A stretch of DNA of 64,000 nt, taken from positions 20,144 through 84,143 of the forward strand of contig CAZKNF010000006.1 in assembly GCA_964554105.1 (NCBI GenBank), written 5' to 3'. Every line of letters begins with the position of its first letter. Within the stretch, counting starts at the first letter, position 1. Below are positions 44,977 through 53,592 of this stretch, one piece after another. The position numbers and the translations under genes were made by a program. Below the pieces are notes generated by a model that was not told where the DNA came from, searched no databases, and worked only from the letters and a program-made list of their open reading frames with translations. The DNA is from an uncultured Rhodothermales bacterium. GTDB taxonomy: Bacteria > Bacteroidota > Rhodothermia > Rhodothermales > VXPQ01.

Positions 44977-46173
44977 CTATTTTGCCAGCACTACGCGGCT
45001 CGTTCGGGTGACCGACTCCGTGCTCAGTCGAAGCAGGTAGATTCCGCTGGGCAGCGTACCGGCTTCGAGCGTGATGTCGTGAGTCCCCGAGGTCTGCCGG
45101 CGGTCGACCAGGATTCGAACTTCCCTTCCCATCACATCATACAGGGCCAACCGCACGTCGCTCTCCGAGGCAAGTTCGTATGTCACGACCGTCTGCGGAT
45201 TGAACGGATTCGGATATGCTTGATGAAGCACCGTCTCTGTGGGTAATTCGTTGGGATCGTCTGCCGACGTGATCGTTCCGACATCGAACAGAACGGCCGT
45301 CTCAGCTGATTCTTCTGCCGGCTCGTATGCTGCCGTCGCGTACCAAATTCCCGATACGCCGATATCTACGTCAGCGATGGAGACCCCGAACGCCCCTTCA
45401 AATTCAAAGGGCAACTCCATTCGCAAAGAATCGCCTGTGCCGTTCATCTCGATGATTCCGTTCACAGCGGCAATATCATCCAGTTCGATGTCCTCGGTAG
45501 AATTTTGAACACCTCCGATCTCCACGGTCGTGTTCATCCTGAAAGTATTGCCGGGTTGCTCGAACGTTTCGCCGTCTGCCGGAACAGCTCCGCCCGATTC
45601 AAGCATCGTGAATGTCATTTCACCGGGCTCGACATCCGCGCTCAGTCTGATGGTGCCGAATGCGACAGAAAAATCGAGGCCCAGAGGATCCAGGATGGAA
45701 GCGTCTAGCGCCGTGACGTGAACCTCATCATACGGCGGGGCATGGGGGATTAGATAGGCCGAGATGGTCCCGCCGGCCCTCGAATCATCCTCGTCGTCAT
45801 CCGAACCCACATCTGAATCGAGATCCGCCTCGACTGTGAAGTTCGACATCACGGTGTCGAGTTCGAAGACGACCGGCCGCAGCACCTGCGCAACATAGAT
45901 CAGGCTGTCGAGACCTTCAAACCCGGGATCGGGTGTATAGATGAGCGATCCGTCCGACGATAACGCCACGTCGCCGTGGCGGGGCCCCGCAATGAGCCGT
46001 ACAGCGAGCGAGTCGTCAGATTGATCGTTTGAGAGAACGCCCGGAGCAGGCAGATCAAGCGGCGAATCCGGAGTCGTCGAATACCTGTCCTCCTCCGCCG
46101 AGACTTGGGCAAGAGCAACGTCGACGCTGATGGCAGAAATAGCAAGTACAGTAGCAATCAGGCATTTCTTCAT
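44977..46173 (-). CDS. T9SS cargo protein: signal peptide, cadherin/Ig-like repeat, unknown acidic middle, Por-secretion-tail C-terminal domain
   Basis: Signal MKKCLIATVLAISAISVDVALAQ. VLSNDQSDDSLAVRLIAGPRHGDVALSSDGSLIYTPDPGFEGLDSLIYV is a cadherin-like repeat. The C-terminus LHQAYPNPFNPQTVVTYELASESDVRLALYDVMGREVRILV, LPSGIYLLRL is the type A T9SS sorting domain. Confidence 0.8.
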   Translation of the reverse strand: MKKCLIATVLAISAISVDVALAQVSAEEDRYSTTPDSPLDLPAPGVLSNDQSDDSLAVRLIAGPRHGDVALSSDGSLIYTPDPGFEGLDSLIYVAQVLRPVVFELDTVMSNFTVEADLDSDVGSDDDEDDSRAGGTISAYLIPHAPPYDEVHVTALDASILDPLGLDFSVAFGTIRLSADVEPGEMTFTMLESGGAVPADGETFEQPGNTFRMNTTVEIGGVQNSTEDIELDDIAAVNGIIEMNGTGDSLRMELPFEFEGAFGVSIADVDIGVSGIWYATAAYEPAEESAETAVLFDVGTITSADDPNELPTETVLHQAYPNPFNPQTVVTYELASESDVRLALYDVMGREVRILVDRRQTSGTHDITLEAGTLPSGIYLLRLSTESVTRTSRVVLAK

Positions 46174-46179
46174 ATCGGT

Positions 46180-47856
46180 TCACGTTTGGATGATACCAGG
46201 GTTAAACACAGGTCTTTCTGGGTTCAGATCTGCGACTTCTATACCGAGGCTTATCCACTTACGCGTAGCGGCAGGATCGATGATCTCGTCGACCCACAGG
46301 CGGGCCGCGGCGTAGTAGGGCGTTGTCTGTTTCTCGTAGCGCGCCTCGATAGACGTCAGGAGCGCCTCCTTCTCACTTTCTGATAGCTCTTTCCCGGAAT
46401 TTTCCAAGGCTCGCATCTGAATCTGCAGGAGCGTCTTGGCCGCCTGTGCACCGCCCATTACCGCGATCTTAGCCGTCGGCCAGGCGAAGATCATCCGAGG
46501 ATCGTATGCACGCCCGCACATTGCGTAATTGCCTGCGCCGTACGAGTTGCCGATAATGATCGTGAATTTCGGTACCACCGAGTTCGCAACCGCATTCACC
46601 ATCTTCGCCCCATCCTTGATAATCCCTCCATGCTCAGCCCGCGTTCCCACCATGAACCCGGTAACGTCTTGTAGAAAAACGATAGGGATACGTTTTTGGT
46701 TGCAGTTCATGATGAATCGCGCCGCTTTGTCGGCGGAATCCGAATAAATCACGCCGCCGACCTGCATCTCACCTTTTCCATTGCGCACGACAAGACGCTG
46801 GTTAGCGATTAGTCCGACGCTCCAACCATCAATCCGCGCGTATCCGGTCACGAGCGTCTTGCCGTAATCCGTCTTGTACTCGGTCCACGAATCTGCATCG
46901 ACGAGCCGACCAACTACATCTCGTGCGTCGTAAGGTTCACTGGCACGCGCGGGATAGATCCCGTAGATCTCTTCGAGATCAAATGCAGGAGCCGCCGGCT
47001 CCGTTCGGTCGAGGTCGGCACGCGGTCGGGAACCGTAGTGTGAGACGAGCTCGCGAATTTTTTGGATGCATGCTTCATCGTTCGGGAGCACGTAATCCGT
47101 CACGCCGGACAACTCTGAATGGGTCTTTGCGCCCCCAAGTGTCTGCACGTCCACATCTTCGCCAATGGCCGCCTTGACGAGAAACGGGCCCGCTAGAAAG
47201 ACCGATCCGGTGCCTTCAACGATAAGTGCCTCATCGCTCATAATCGGCAGATAAGCGCCGCCGGCGACGCAGCTACCCATTATTGCTGCAATCTGAGGAA
47301 TGCCCTTGCTCGAGAGCACGGCATTATTCCGGAAAATGCGGCCGAAGTGCTCTTTGTCAGGGAAGATATCATCCTGCATCGGCAGGAATACTCCCGCAGA
47401 ATCGACGAGATAGATGATCGGAAGGTGATTTTCGAGAGCAATTTCCTGAGCTCGTAAATTTTTCTTCGCCGTAATCGGAAACCACGCACCCGCCTTCACG
47501 GTCGCGTCGTTGGCTACAATCATGGCGAGGCGGCCGCTTACGCGTCCAATTCCGACTATCGTACCAGCAGCCGGACAGCCACCCTCCTTCTCGTACATCT
47601 GGTACCCGGCGAAGATGCCGAGCTCATGAAACACGCCTTCATCATCTACGAGTGCCGCAATTCGTTCGCGCGCAGTCATCTTGCCGCGACTGTGCTCACG
47701 GTCCTTCCGCTCCTCTCCGCCACCCTCTTTGATCGTGTCGGCCAATTCGTTGCGCTTCGAGATGATCTCCCGAAAGTCGGCCATCCGCCGTTGATACACG
47801 GGCGACTCGCGATCTGCGGCTGTTCCCGGCTGTTCTGCCTTTACGGCTTCCGACAT
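46180..47856 (-). CDS. acyl-CoA carboxylase carboxyltransferase (beta) subunit, MccB/PccB-like
   Basis: GKMTARERIAALVDDEGVFHE, ANDATVKAGAW, VDSAGVFLP, IMGSCVAGGAYLP and GGAKTHSELSGVTDY. A second in-frame ATG at 47784 (MADFREIISKRNEL) gives a more typical N-terminus and leaves room for a promoter after the csbD terminator. Confidence 0.88.
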   Translation of the reverse strand: MSEAVKAEQPGTAADRESPVYQRRMADFREIISKRNELADTIKEGGGEERKDREHSRGKMTARERIAALVDDEGVFHELGIFAGYQMYEKEGGCPAAGTIVGIGRVSGRLAMIVANDATVKAGAWFPITAKKNLRAQEIALENHLPIIYLVDSAGVFLPMQDDIFPDKEHFGRIFRNNAVLSSKGIPQIAAIMGSCVAGGAYLPIMSDEALIVEGTGSVFLAGPFLVKAAIGEDVDVQTLGGAKTHSELSGVTDYVLPNDEACIQKIRELVSHYGSRPRADLDRTEPAAPAFDLEEIYGIYPARASEPYDARDVVGRLVDADSWTEYKTDYGKTLVTGYARIDGWSVGLIANQRLVVRNGKGEMQVGGVIYSDSADKAARFIMNCNQKRIPIVFLQDVTGFMVGTRAEHGGIIKDGAKMVNAVANSVVPKFTIIIGNSYGAGNYAMCGRAYDPRMIFAWPTAKIAVMGGAQAAKTLLQIQMRALENSGKELSESEKEALLTSIEARYEKQTTPYYAAARLWVDEIIDPAATRKWISLGIEVADLNPERPVFNPGIIQT

Positions 47857-47866
47857 ATGCTGGATG

Positions 47867-47895
47867 CAAAAAAGCCCGGCCGAAAGGGCCGGGCT
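47867..47895 (-). terminator. rho-independent terminator of the csbD-like gene
   Basis: 9-bp GC-rich stem AGCCCGGCC / GGCCGGGCT with a GAAAG loop, followed on the minus strand by a TTTTTT run. It lies 47 nt after the csbD-like stop. Confidence 0.75.
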
Positions 47896-47941
47896 AATGA
47901 AGCTCTCTGAAGATCGTGATAGAACGGAGCGTCGGTTTGAT

Positions 47942-48136
47942 CTACAGGATTGCGCTCATTTTATTCATAATCTCACTTCTCGATTCACCGGTCTTCTGGT
48001 GAATAAGATTGATCATCTTTTGAAGGCTTCCACGCGCCCTCTTCATTTCATTGTCGTCAAACTCGGTTCCTTCCCATATACTCTCAATCTGATCTTTCAT
48101 GCGCCGCCAGCTCTCGTTCATGCGCGTTGTGGCCAT
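47942..48136 (-). CDS. CsbD-family general stress protein
   Basis: 64 aa: WRRMKDQIESIWEGTEFDDNEMKRARGSLQKMINLIHQKTGESRSEI fits the CsbD pattern (K-x-x-x-G, D-x-x-x-x-G-x-x-x-x-L-x-G-x-x-Q). GGAGGA lies 5 nt upstream of the ATG. Confidence 0.7.
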   Translation of the reverse strand: MATTRMNESWRRMKDQIESIWEGTEFDDNEMKRARGSLQKMINLIHQKTGESRSEIMNKMSAIL

Positions 48137-48249
48137 AGTGGTCCTCCGTAGGTCAATCCTGAAATCCGCTTATTAATTGTACAGGATCGAGCCTTGTCAG
48201 GTTTCAGGAATCGTTACAATTCATTCCGGCATTGGATCGACACCATGAA

Positions 48250-48684
48250 TTATGCAGCCAGAGGATAATGATTCCAGAACATTAGAATGAGGACGATTAG
48301 CCAGATGAGATGACCTGCGCCCGTCCCCATCGAGATCCGTTTTTTCGCGGCCGGTGCGGAAGTTCCCCCCTCCGCAATGCTGGACCAGGCGGGCTGGATG
48401 ACGAAGAACTGCACTGCCGTCAGGACGACAATAAGAAGAAGACTCGTATGGTACTGAGGACCATACGCCCCGAACCCCCCACCGATAAAAAAAGCGAGCA
48501 ACCCGAAGACGAGCGTCAAGACGATGAAAATGTTCATGAGCTTGACCGTCTGCGCGCCTCCCTCTATCAGTGGAGCGGCGCTACCCGCGGCCGCTCTTCG
48601 TGCCATTCCTCCAATGGCGAGCGCCAGACCAAACCAGCCGGCGGCGGTGATCACATGGAGGACAACCAGGATGTTAAAAAGCAT
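48250..48684 (-). CDS. four-TM membrane protein of unknown function
   Basis: Four hydrophobic helices. The N-terminus is MLFNILVVLHVITAAGWFGLALAIGG, with His10 and Trp17. It is divergent from hemY. Confidence 0.5.
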   Translation of the reverse strand: MLFNILVVLHVITAAGWFGLALAIGGMARRAAAGSAAPLIEGGAQTVKLMNIFIVLTLVFGLLAFFIGGGFGAYGPQYHTSLLLIVVLTAVQFFVIQPAWSSIAEGGTSAPAAKKRISMGTGAGHLIWLIVLILMFWNHYPLAA

Positions 48685-48776
48685 AACTTTCGCAATTCTG
48701 ATGAAATGGGGCGACGTGTAGATAATACTGTCCCGCCAATCGAACTTCTAGCTTTTTGATACACGGAGATGAAGTC

Positions 48777-50132
48777 ATGAAGGATATGGTGGATGCTATC
48801 ATCATCGGCGGGGGCATATCGGGGCTCTGCGCCGCGTATCGGCTGCAGCAGTCTGGGCGAAAAGTACGCCTGTTGGAGCAGAGAAACCGCGTTGGCGGTG
48901 TCATTCGGTCCGAAAGGACGAGCGGATATTTAATTGAGCACGGCCCGAATTCGATTCAAGCAAGAACGTCGCTGCTTCACAGCCTTATACAGGAGCTTGA
49001 TTTGTCGAATGCGCAGGTCGAAGCATCCGACGCTGCGCGAATGCGATATATCGTCCGCCGTGGGCAACTCGTCCACGCGCCCACATCGCCGACGGCCCTT
49101 TTTACGTCCAACCTTTTCGGAACTCGTGCGAAATTGAGAGTGATGCGAGAACCGTTCGTACCTGCCGGCGATCCCGAGGAAGACGAAAGTGTCGCGAGCT
49201 TCGTGAGACGGAGACTAGGTGATGAAGTCCTCGATTACGCAGTAAATCCGTTCGTGGCCGGCGTGTATGCGGGTAACCCAGAAAAACTTTCGGTCAAACA
49301 TACTTTTCCATCACTCGTCGATATGGAGCAGACGCACGGATCCATTATTAGAGGGCAGATCGAGACGAGGCGCAACGCTAGCGAGCTGACGGACACGGGC
49401 CGCATGTTTTCTTTCCGCAATGGAATCGGCCAGCTCACCGAAGCCCTGGCCGGACGCCTCAAGGGCGTCAAAACGGATCACACCGTACAAGGTGCTGAAC
49501 TATCGGATGAAGGCTGGAAGGTGACTTCGTCACAAGGAGATTTTCACGCGCGCGCCGTCATCTACGCCGCACCGCTCCACCAAATCCACGATATGAAGCT
49601 GCCCGATCGCAAATTGACCAGCATTCTTGGGAACGTAACATATGCCCCCTTGAGCGTAGTATATCATGGTTTTCGCCGGCAGGATGTACGGCATTCGCTC
49701 GACGGATTCGGTGCGCTCGTTCCCGAGGTCGAGCACCGTTTCAGCATTCTCGGCACGCTGTTCACATCATCTATTTTCCCGAATCGCGCGCCGAATAGAG
49801 ATATCCTACTCACGACATTCGTGGGCGGCATGCGTCATCCCGACCAGGCCGCTATGGCTTCGGACGCATTACATAGCCTCGTCCGGTCCGACTTGACTTC
49901 GCTCCTTGGTTTGCGCGGAGAACCGACTTTCCTCAAGCACGTGTTCTGGCCTCGAGCCATACCGCAATACACAATCGGATACGACGACGTCATCAACGCC
50001 ATTGATCGACTGGAGGCAGAGATGTCCGGACTCTTCCTGGCAGGAAATTTCCGGGATGGGGTTTCGGTCGGAGATTCAGCACAGTCCGGTAATGATGCAG
50101 GGGTTCGGTGTCATTCTTTCCTGCAGTCCTGA
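48777..50132 (+). CDS. hemY: protoporphyrinogen/coproporphyrinogen III oxidase, HemY type (FAD amine-oxidase fold)
   Basis: DAIIIGGGISGLCAAYRL, LLEQRNRVGGVIRS, a C-terminal GLFLAGNFRDGVSVGD, and 451 aa in length. The ATG at 48777 is preferred; the track start at 48756 is TTG. Confidence 0.85.
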   Translation: MKDMVDAIIIGGGISGLCAAYRLQQSGRKVRLLEQRNRVGGVIRSERTSGYLIEHGPNSIQARTSLLHSLIQELDLSNAQVEASDAARMRYIVRRGQLVHAPTSPTALFTSNLFGTRAKLRVMREPFVPAGDPEEDESVASFVRRRLGDEVLDYAVNPFVAGVYAGNPEKLSVKHTFPSLVDMEQTHGSIIRGQIETRRNASELTDTGRMFSFRNGIGQLTEALAGRLKGVKTDHTVQGAELSDEGWKVTSSQGDFHARAVIYAAPLHQIHDMKLPDRKLTSILGNVTYAPLSVVYHGFRRQDVRHSLDGFGALVPEVEHRFSILGTLFTSSIFPNRAPNRDILLTTFVGGMRHPDQAAMASDALHSLVRSDLTSLLGLRGEPTFLKHVFWPRAIPQYTIGYDDVINAIDRLEAEMSGLFLAGNFRDGVSVGDSAQSGNDAGVRCHSFLQS

Positions 50133-50181
50133 CTGCAGAGGGCGCGTTCTAGAAGCAGCTGCTAGCAAGATTACGCTCTTC

Positions 50182-50919
50182 TTACGCTACTCCGCTGTCC
50201 CGCGAGAAAAGATACCGCATGAGCTTCCGCTTTGCCACAGGAAGAACCGTCGACTCATATGGAAACTCTATATCACTATCGAATGCGTACGTGGCGGGAT
50301 TCGGTAAATCCTTGCGCTCATCCATTAGCAGAAGTTTTATGGTCTGCGGTGATTGGCGGATGCTGCGCTGAGCAAAACTCTTGACGTGCGATGTACGCAA
50401 GCTGCGATAACGCTCCTCCGTCCCCGTGAAGATCGACAGATTATACTGGAGGACGTGCAGCTGGTCGTCCTCCCGGTCTGGCACGAGCAGATAACCCTCC
50501 TGAACGTACGACGGCACGATGCCGACCTCTTCCATATGCAAGTGGTCTTCAACGAACTCAAATATCGTCTTTCCTTCTTCGATAGCCGATTTGACATGCG
50601 GAAGCGCCCACTGAATCAGTTCCTCGACAGTCTGCATCTGATCCATTTCGAATTGGTCCTTCTCGTAAATCACCTCCTGCGCGTCCAGATCGACGTCCTT
50701 TATTTTCCCTGGAAGGGCATCTTTCAAATCGTCACTATGCTGCACGATGGTCTGCAGCGTCCCGTATATGGTGATGAGCTCACCAAGGTGGGGATATATT
50801 CGATTGTTCGAGAAATCACGTCGAACTGTCTGCAGATTGTTCAGAATCTGGTATTGAGCACGCTCAAAATCGTGGACGGCATCGGTAAACAGATCAAGAT
50901 TCCAGGTACTCATGAGCAT
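50182..50919 (-). CDS. hypothetical cytoplasmic protein (245 aa)
   Basis: Clean ORF with no signal peptide, no TM segment and no motif I recognise. It is on the same strand as the fad operon and about 150 nt downstream of it. Confidence 0.45.
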   Translation of the reverse strand: MLMSTWNLDLFTDAVHDFERAQYQILNNLQTVRRDFSNNRIYPHLGELITIYGTLQTIVQHSDDLKDALPGKIKDVDLDAQEVIYEKDQFEMDQMQTVEELIQWALPHVKSAIEEGKTIFEFVEDHLHMEEVGIVPSYVQEGYLLVPDREDDQLHVLQYNLSIFTGTEERYRSLRTSHVKSFAQRSIRQSPQTIKLLLMDERKDLPNPATYAFDSDIEFPYESTVLPVAKRKLMRYLFSRDSGVA

Positions 50920-51069
50920 TGCCGGCTATCCTTGTTACTACCAAAGCAGCATAATTCGACTGCGGCACATGAGCTTAGACCGCAAATATCGCGCCATAGT
51001 TTCTTGCATTCTTCATAAGCCCCGCCTCCCTTCGGTAGCTATTTGCGAATCACACCGACCCGTCAGTAT

Positions 51070-53580
51070 TTAGCGCGTGCCGTCACCGCCGGAAGTAACA
51101 GACGGCGTATCACGTGTCACAAGTGATGCGTCCGGCTCTCCGTCTGCCCCCAATCGACGCGCACCATACTCTTCGAGCGTAAAGGCATCGACCGCAACGT
51201 ACCGTGTTCGGGCCTCTTCCGCCCTGCGCACGAGATCTGCTTCTTCTGCTGAAATGATGTCCGCATCAATGGCCCGGGCTGAGGTTTTGGCAGGCGTGCC
51301 GCGCGCTATTTTCCCCGATCGCACAGCGGATCGTATACGACTCAGGACGTCCTCCGCCGGGACGGAAAGGGCAAATGCGTATTCAAGTTGGGTGAGAGCG
51401 TCGTTAGGGTCGCCCGAAATAAACAGGCCATCTGTGAGTCTATCGCGCTGCTCACCAGGTGTCTGCATAAGCCGTGCTACCTGGTGCCCGAGGGCATCGT
51501 CTGGCTCGTGACCGAAACGATTCATACGCGACCATATGGCAATAGGACCACGAAAGAGCCAGCTAAGGCCTGGAACTCGCAGATTTGCAAACAGACCGTC
51601 GAAACCGTCCTGGATGCGAGCCAGCGCATACTGCATCGACCAGTGAAAGAACGGAAGGTCCTCATCACGGCGTCCCTCCGCCTCGAATCGGCGCACGGTG
51701 GCGGTTGCGAGATAGAGCCACGAATAGATATCCGCGAAGCGGCCGGTAATTTTCTCCTTTCGCTTAAGTTCTCCGCCGAGTACGCCCATTGCGACGTCAG
51801 CCAGGAATGCAAATGAGGCGGCAGCCCAGTTCATCTTTCGAACGTACGGGGCGGACGCGCCGCCGGTTGGCGAGCGCCACAGGAAACCTCGCGAGACGGT
51901 CAGCACGCATGCGCGGGTCGTGTTTCGTACGACGTGCCCTACGTGGCTCCAGAACGCCTTATCGAATCGCTTCAGATCGCCCTTGCCAAGTGCGTCGATC
52001 TCTTCGAACGCGTAAGGATGAGCCCGTATGGCACCCTGGCCGAATATGATCAACGTGCGCGTAAGGATGTTCGCACCCTCCACTGTAATACCGATGGGAG
52101 TCCCGAAGTAGGCATGGGCGAGCAAGTTACGAGGCCCGCGCGAAATACCGTTCCCGCCGAGGATATCCATCGCATCGTTGATGATCAATCGCTGCAACTC
52201 AGTCGAGTTACTCTTCGCCATCGCTGTGATGACGGCAGGCTTTGCGCCCTGATCGATGCCGCCGCATGTGTATCGGCGCATCGCCTCCAGGAGGTACGTG
52301 AAGCCACCAATGCGGGCCAACGGCTCCTCAACACCCTCGAACCGGCCGATCTGCAGACCAAACTGCTTACGGACGGCCGCGTGACCGGACGCCACGCGAA
52401 ACGCGACCTTTGCTCCACCCGTGCTCTGGGCGGGCAGCGAAATACCCCTGCCGGCGGCGAGCGACTCCATCAGCATCCGCCACCCATTCCCGGCGCCGTT
52501 TGAGCCGCCGATAATCGCATCGATCGAAACTACGACATTCTCTCCCTCTGTCTTAGAATTGATGAAGGGAATGCCAAGAGGATCGTGGCGCCAGTTAGTT
52601 CTAACGCCGGGAGTATCAGTTGGAATCAACGCGCATGTGATCCCCGGATTCTCCCCTTTGCCGAGGAAATTCTCCGGATCGCGGAGTTTGAAAGCAAGAC
52701 CGAGCACCGTGGCGATAGAGGCAAGGGTGATGTAGCGCTTGTTCCAGTGAAGCCGCAGCTTCAGCGCACCATCTTCGTCCTGGAAGACTGTGCCCTCCGC
52801 CTCAATTGCGCCGGCATCAGAACCGGCGCTTGGCTCCGTGAGTGCGAACGCCGGAATCTCCTCACCACTCGCCAGGCGCGGAAGATAATGTGCCCGCTGC
52901 GCTTCCGTACCGTAGTGGATCAGGAGCTCCGCCGGTCCGAGGCTGTTGGGGACCATCACCGTGATGGATAGTGGAAGCGACCGAGCCGCGCATTTCTTCA
53001 CGACTGCGCTGTTGGCAAGGGAAGAAAAGCCTAGCCCTCCATACTCCTTCGGGATGATCATCCCGAAAAAACGCTGATTCTTCAGAAACTCCCACGTCTC
53101 GGAGGAAAGATCTCCACGCTGAAAGACTTCCCAGTCATCCGTCATGCGGCAGACCTGTTCAACTGGACCATCGAGAAACGCACGCTCCTCGTCCGTCAGA
53201 TCAGGATACGGTTCGCTTAGAAGCTTCTTGAAGTTGGGGCGTCCCGAAAAGAGTTCCCCGTCCACCCAAACGGTGCCGGCGTCGATTGCGACGCGCTCCG
53301 TCTCGGATATCCGCGGGAGAAATCCTGCCGACTTCAAAAACTTCATAACGGCCGCCGAAACAGTGGCACGCCGAACGGGAACGATGCCGAAAACGACGGC
53401 GAGGACCACAAGGACCACCCAGAGCCAGACCGGCGCGGACGTGCCGAGCAAAACGACCGCCGTCGCGAGAATCCAGAGCCAGAACGGAGCCCCGAAGTAG
53501 CCCAGCGCGAGGACAAGCAGTATGATCGATGCAATCAACCATCCGGTCGGGATCGCCGTCATAAACTCAAATTCAGGCAT
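51070..53580 (-). CDS. fadE: large acyl-CoA dehydrogenase, FadE type
   Basis: 836 aa with N-terminal hydrophobic helices (WLIASIILLVLALGYFGAPFWLWILATAVVLL), as in enterobacterial FadE. ACAD core motifs include FALTEPSAGSDAG and GGNGISRGP. Confidence 0.85.
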   Translation of the reverse strand: MPEFEFMTAIPTGWLIASIILLVLALGYFGAPFWLWILATAVVLLGTSAPVWLWVVLVVLAVVFGIVPVRRATVSAAVMKFLKSAGFLPRISETERVAIDAGTVWVDGELFSGRPNFKKLLSEPYPDLTDEERAFLDGPVEQVCRMTDDWEVFQRGDLSSETWEFLKNQRFFGMIIPKEYGGLGFSSLANSAVVKKCAARSLPLSITVMVPNSLGPAELLIHYGTEAQRAHYLPRLASGEEIPAFALTEPSAGSDAGAIEAEGTVFQDEDGALKLRLHWNKRYITLASIATVLGLAFKLRDPENFLGKGENPGITCALIPTDTPGVRTNWRHDPLGIPFINSKTEGENVVVSIDAIIGGSNGAGNGWRMLMESLAAGRGISLPAQSTGGAKVAFRVASGHAAVRKQFGLQIGRFEGVEEPLARIGGFTYLLEAMRRYTCGGIDQGAKPAVITAMAKSNSTELQRLIINDAMDILGGNGISRGPRNLLAHAYFGTPIGITVEGANILTRTLIIFGQGAIRAHPYAFEEIDALGKGDLKRFDKAFWSHVGHVVRNTTRACVLTVSRGFLWRSPTGGASAPYVRKMNWAAASFAFLADVAMGVLGGELKRKEKITGRFADIYSWLYLATATVRRFEAEGRRDEDLPFFHWSMQYALARIQDGFDGLFANLRVPGLSWLFRGPIAIWSRMNRFGHEPDDALGHQVARLMQTPGEQRDRLTDGLFISGDPNDALTQLEYAFALSVPAEDVLSRIRSAVRSGKIARGTPAKTSARAIDADIISAEEADLVRRAEEARTRYVAVDAFTLEEYGARRLGADGEPDASLVTRDTPSVTSGGDGTR

Positions 53581-53592
53581 AGTATTGCTCGT

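Noticed and set aside
48250-48684. The idea that the four-TM protein is a HemJ-type protoporphyrinogen oxidase
   Set aside because: Only the His-x6-Trp-Phe spacing matches, and the conserved segment following it in HemJ is absent. It is kept as a low-interest hypothesis and is not annotated as hemJ.
50140-50165. The palindrome AGCAGCTGCT in the hemY / hypothetical-gene convergent spacer, considered as a bidirectional terminator
   Set aside because: As a hairpin it would have a stem of only about 3 bp once a loop is allowed, and there is no flanking T or A tract.
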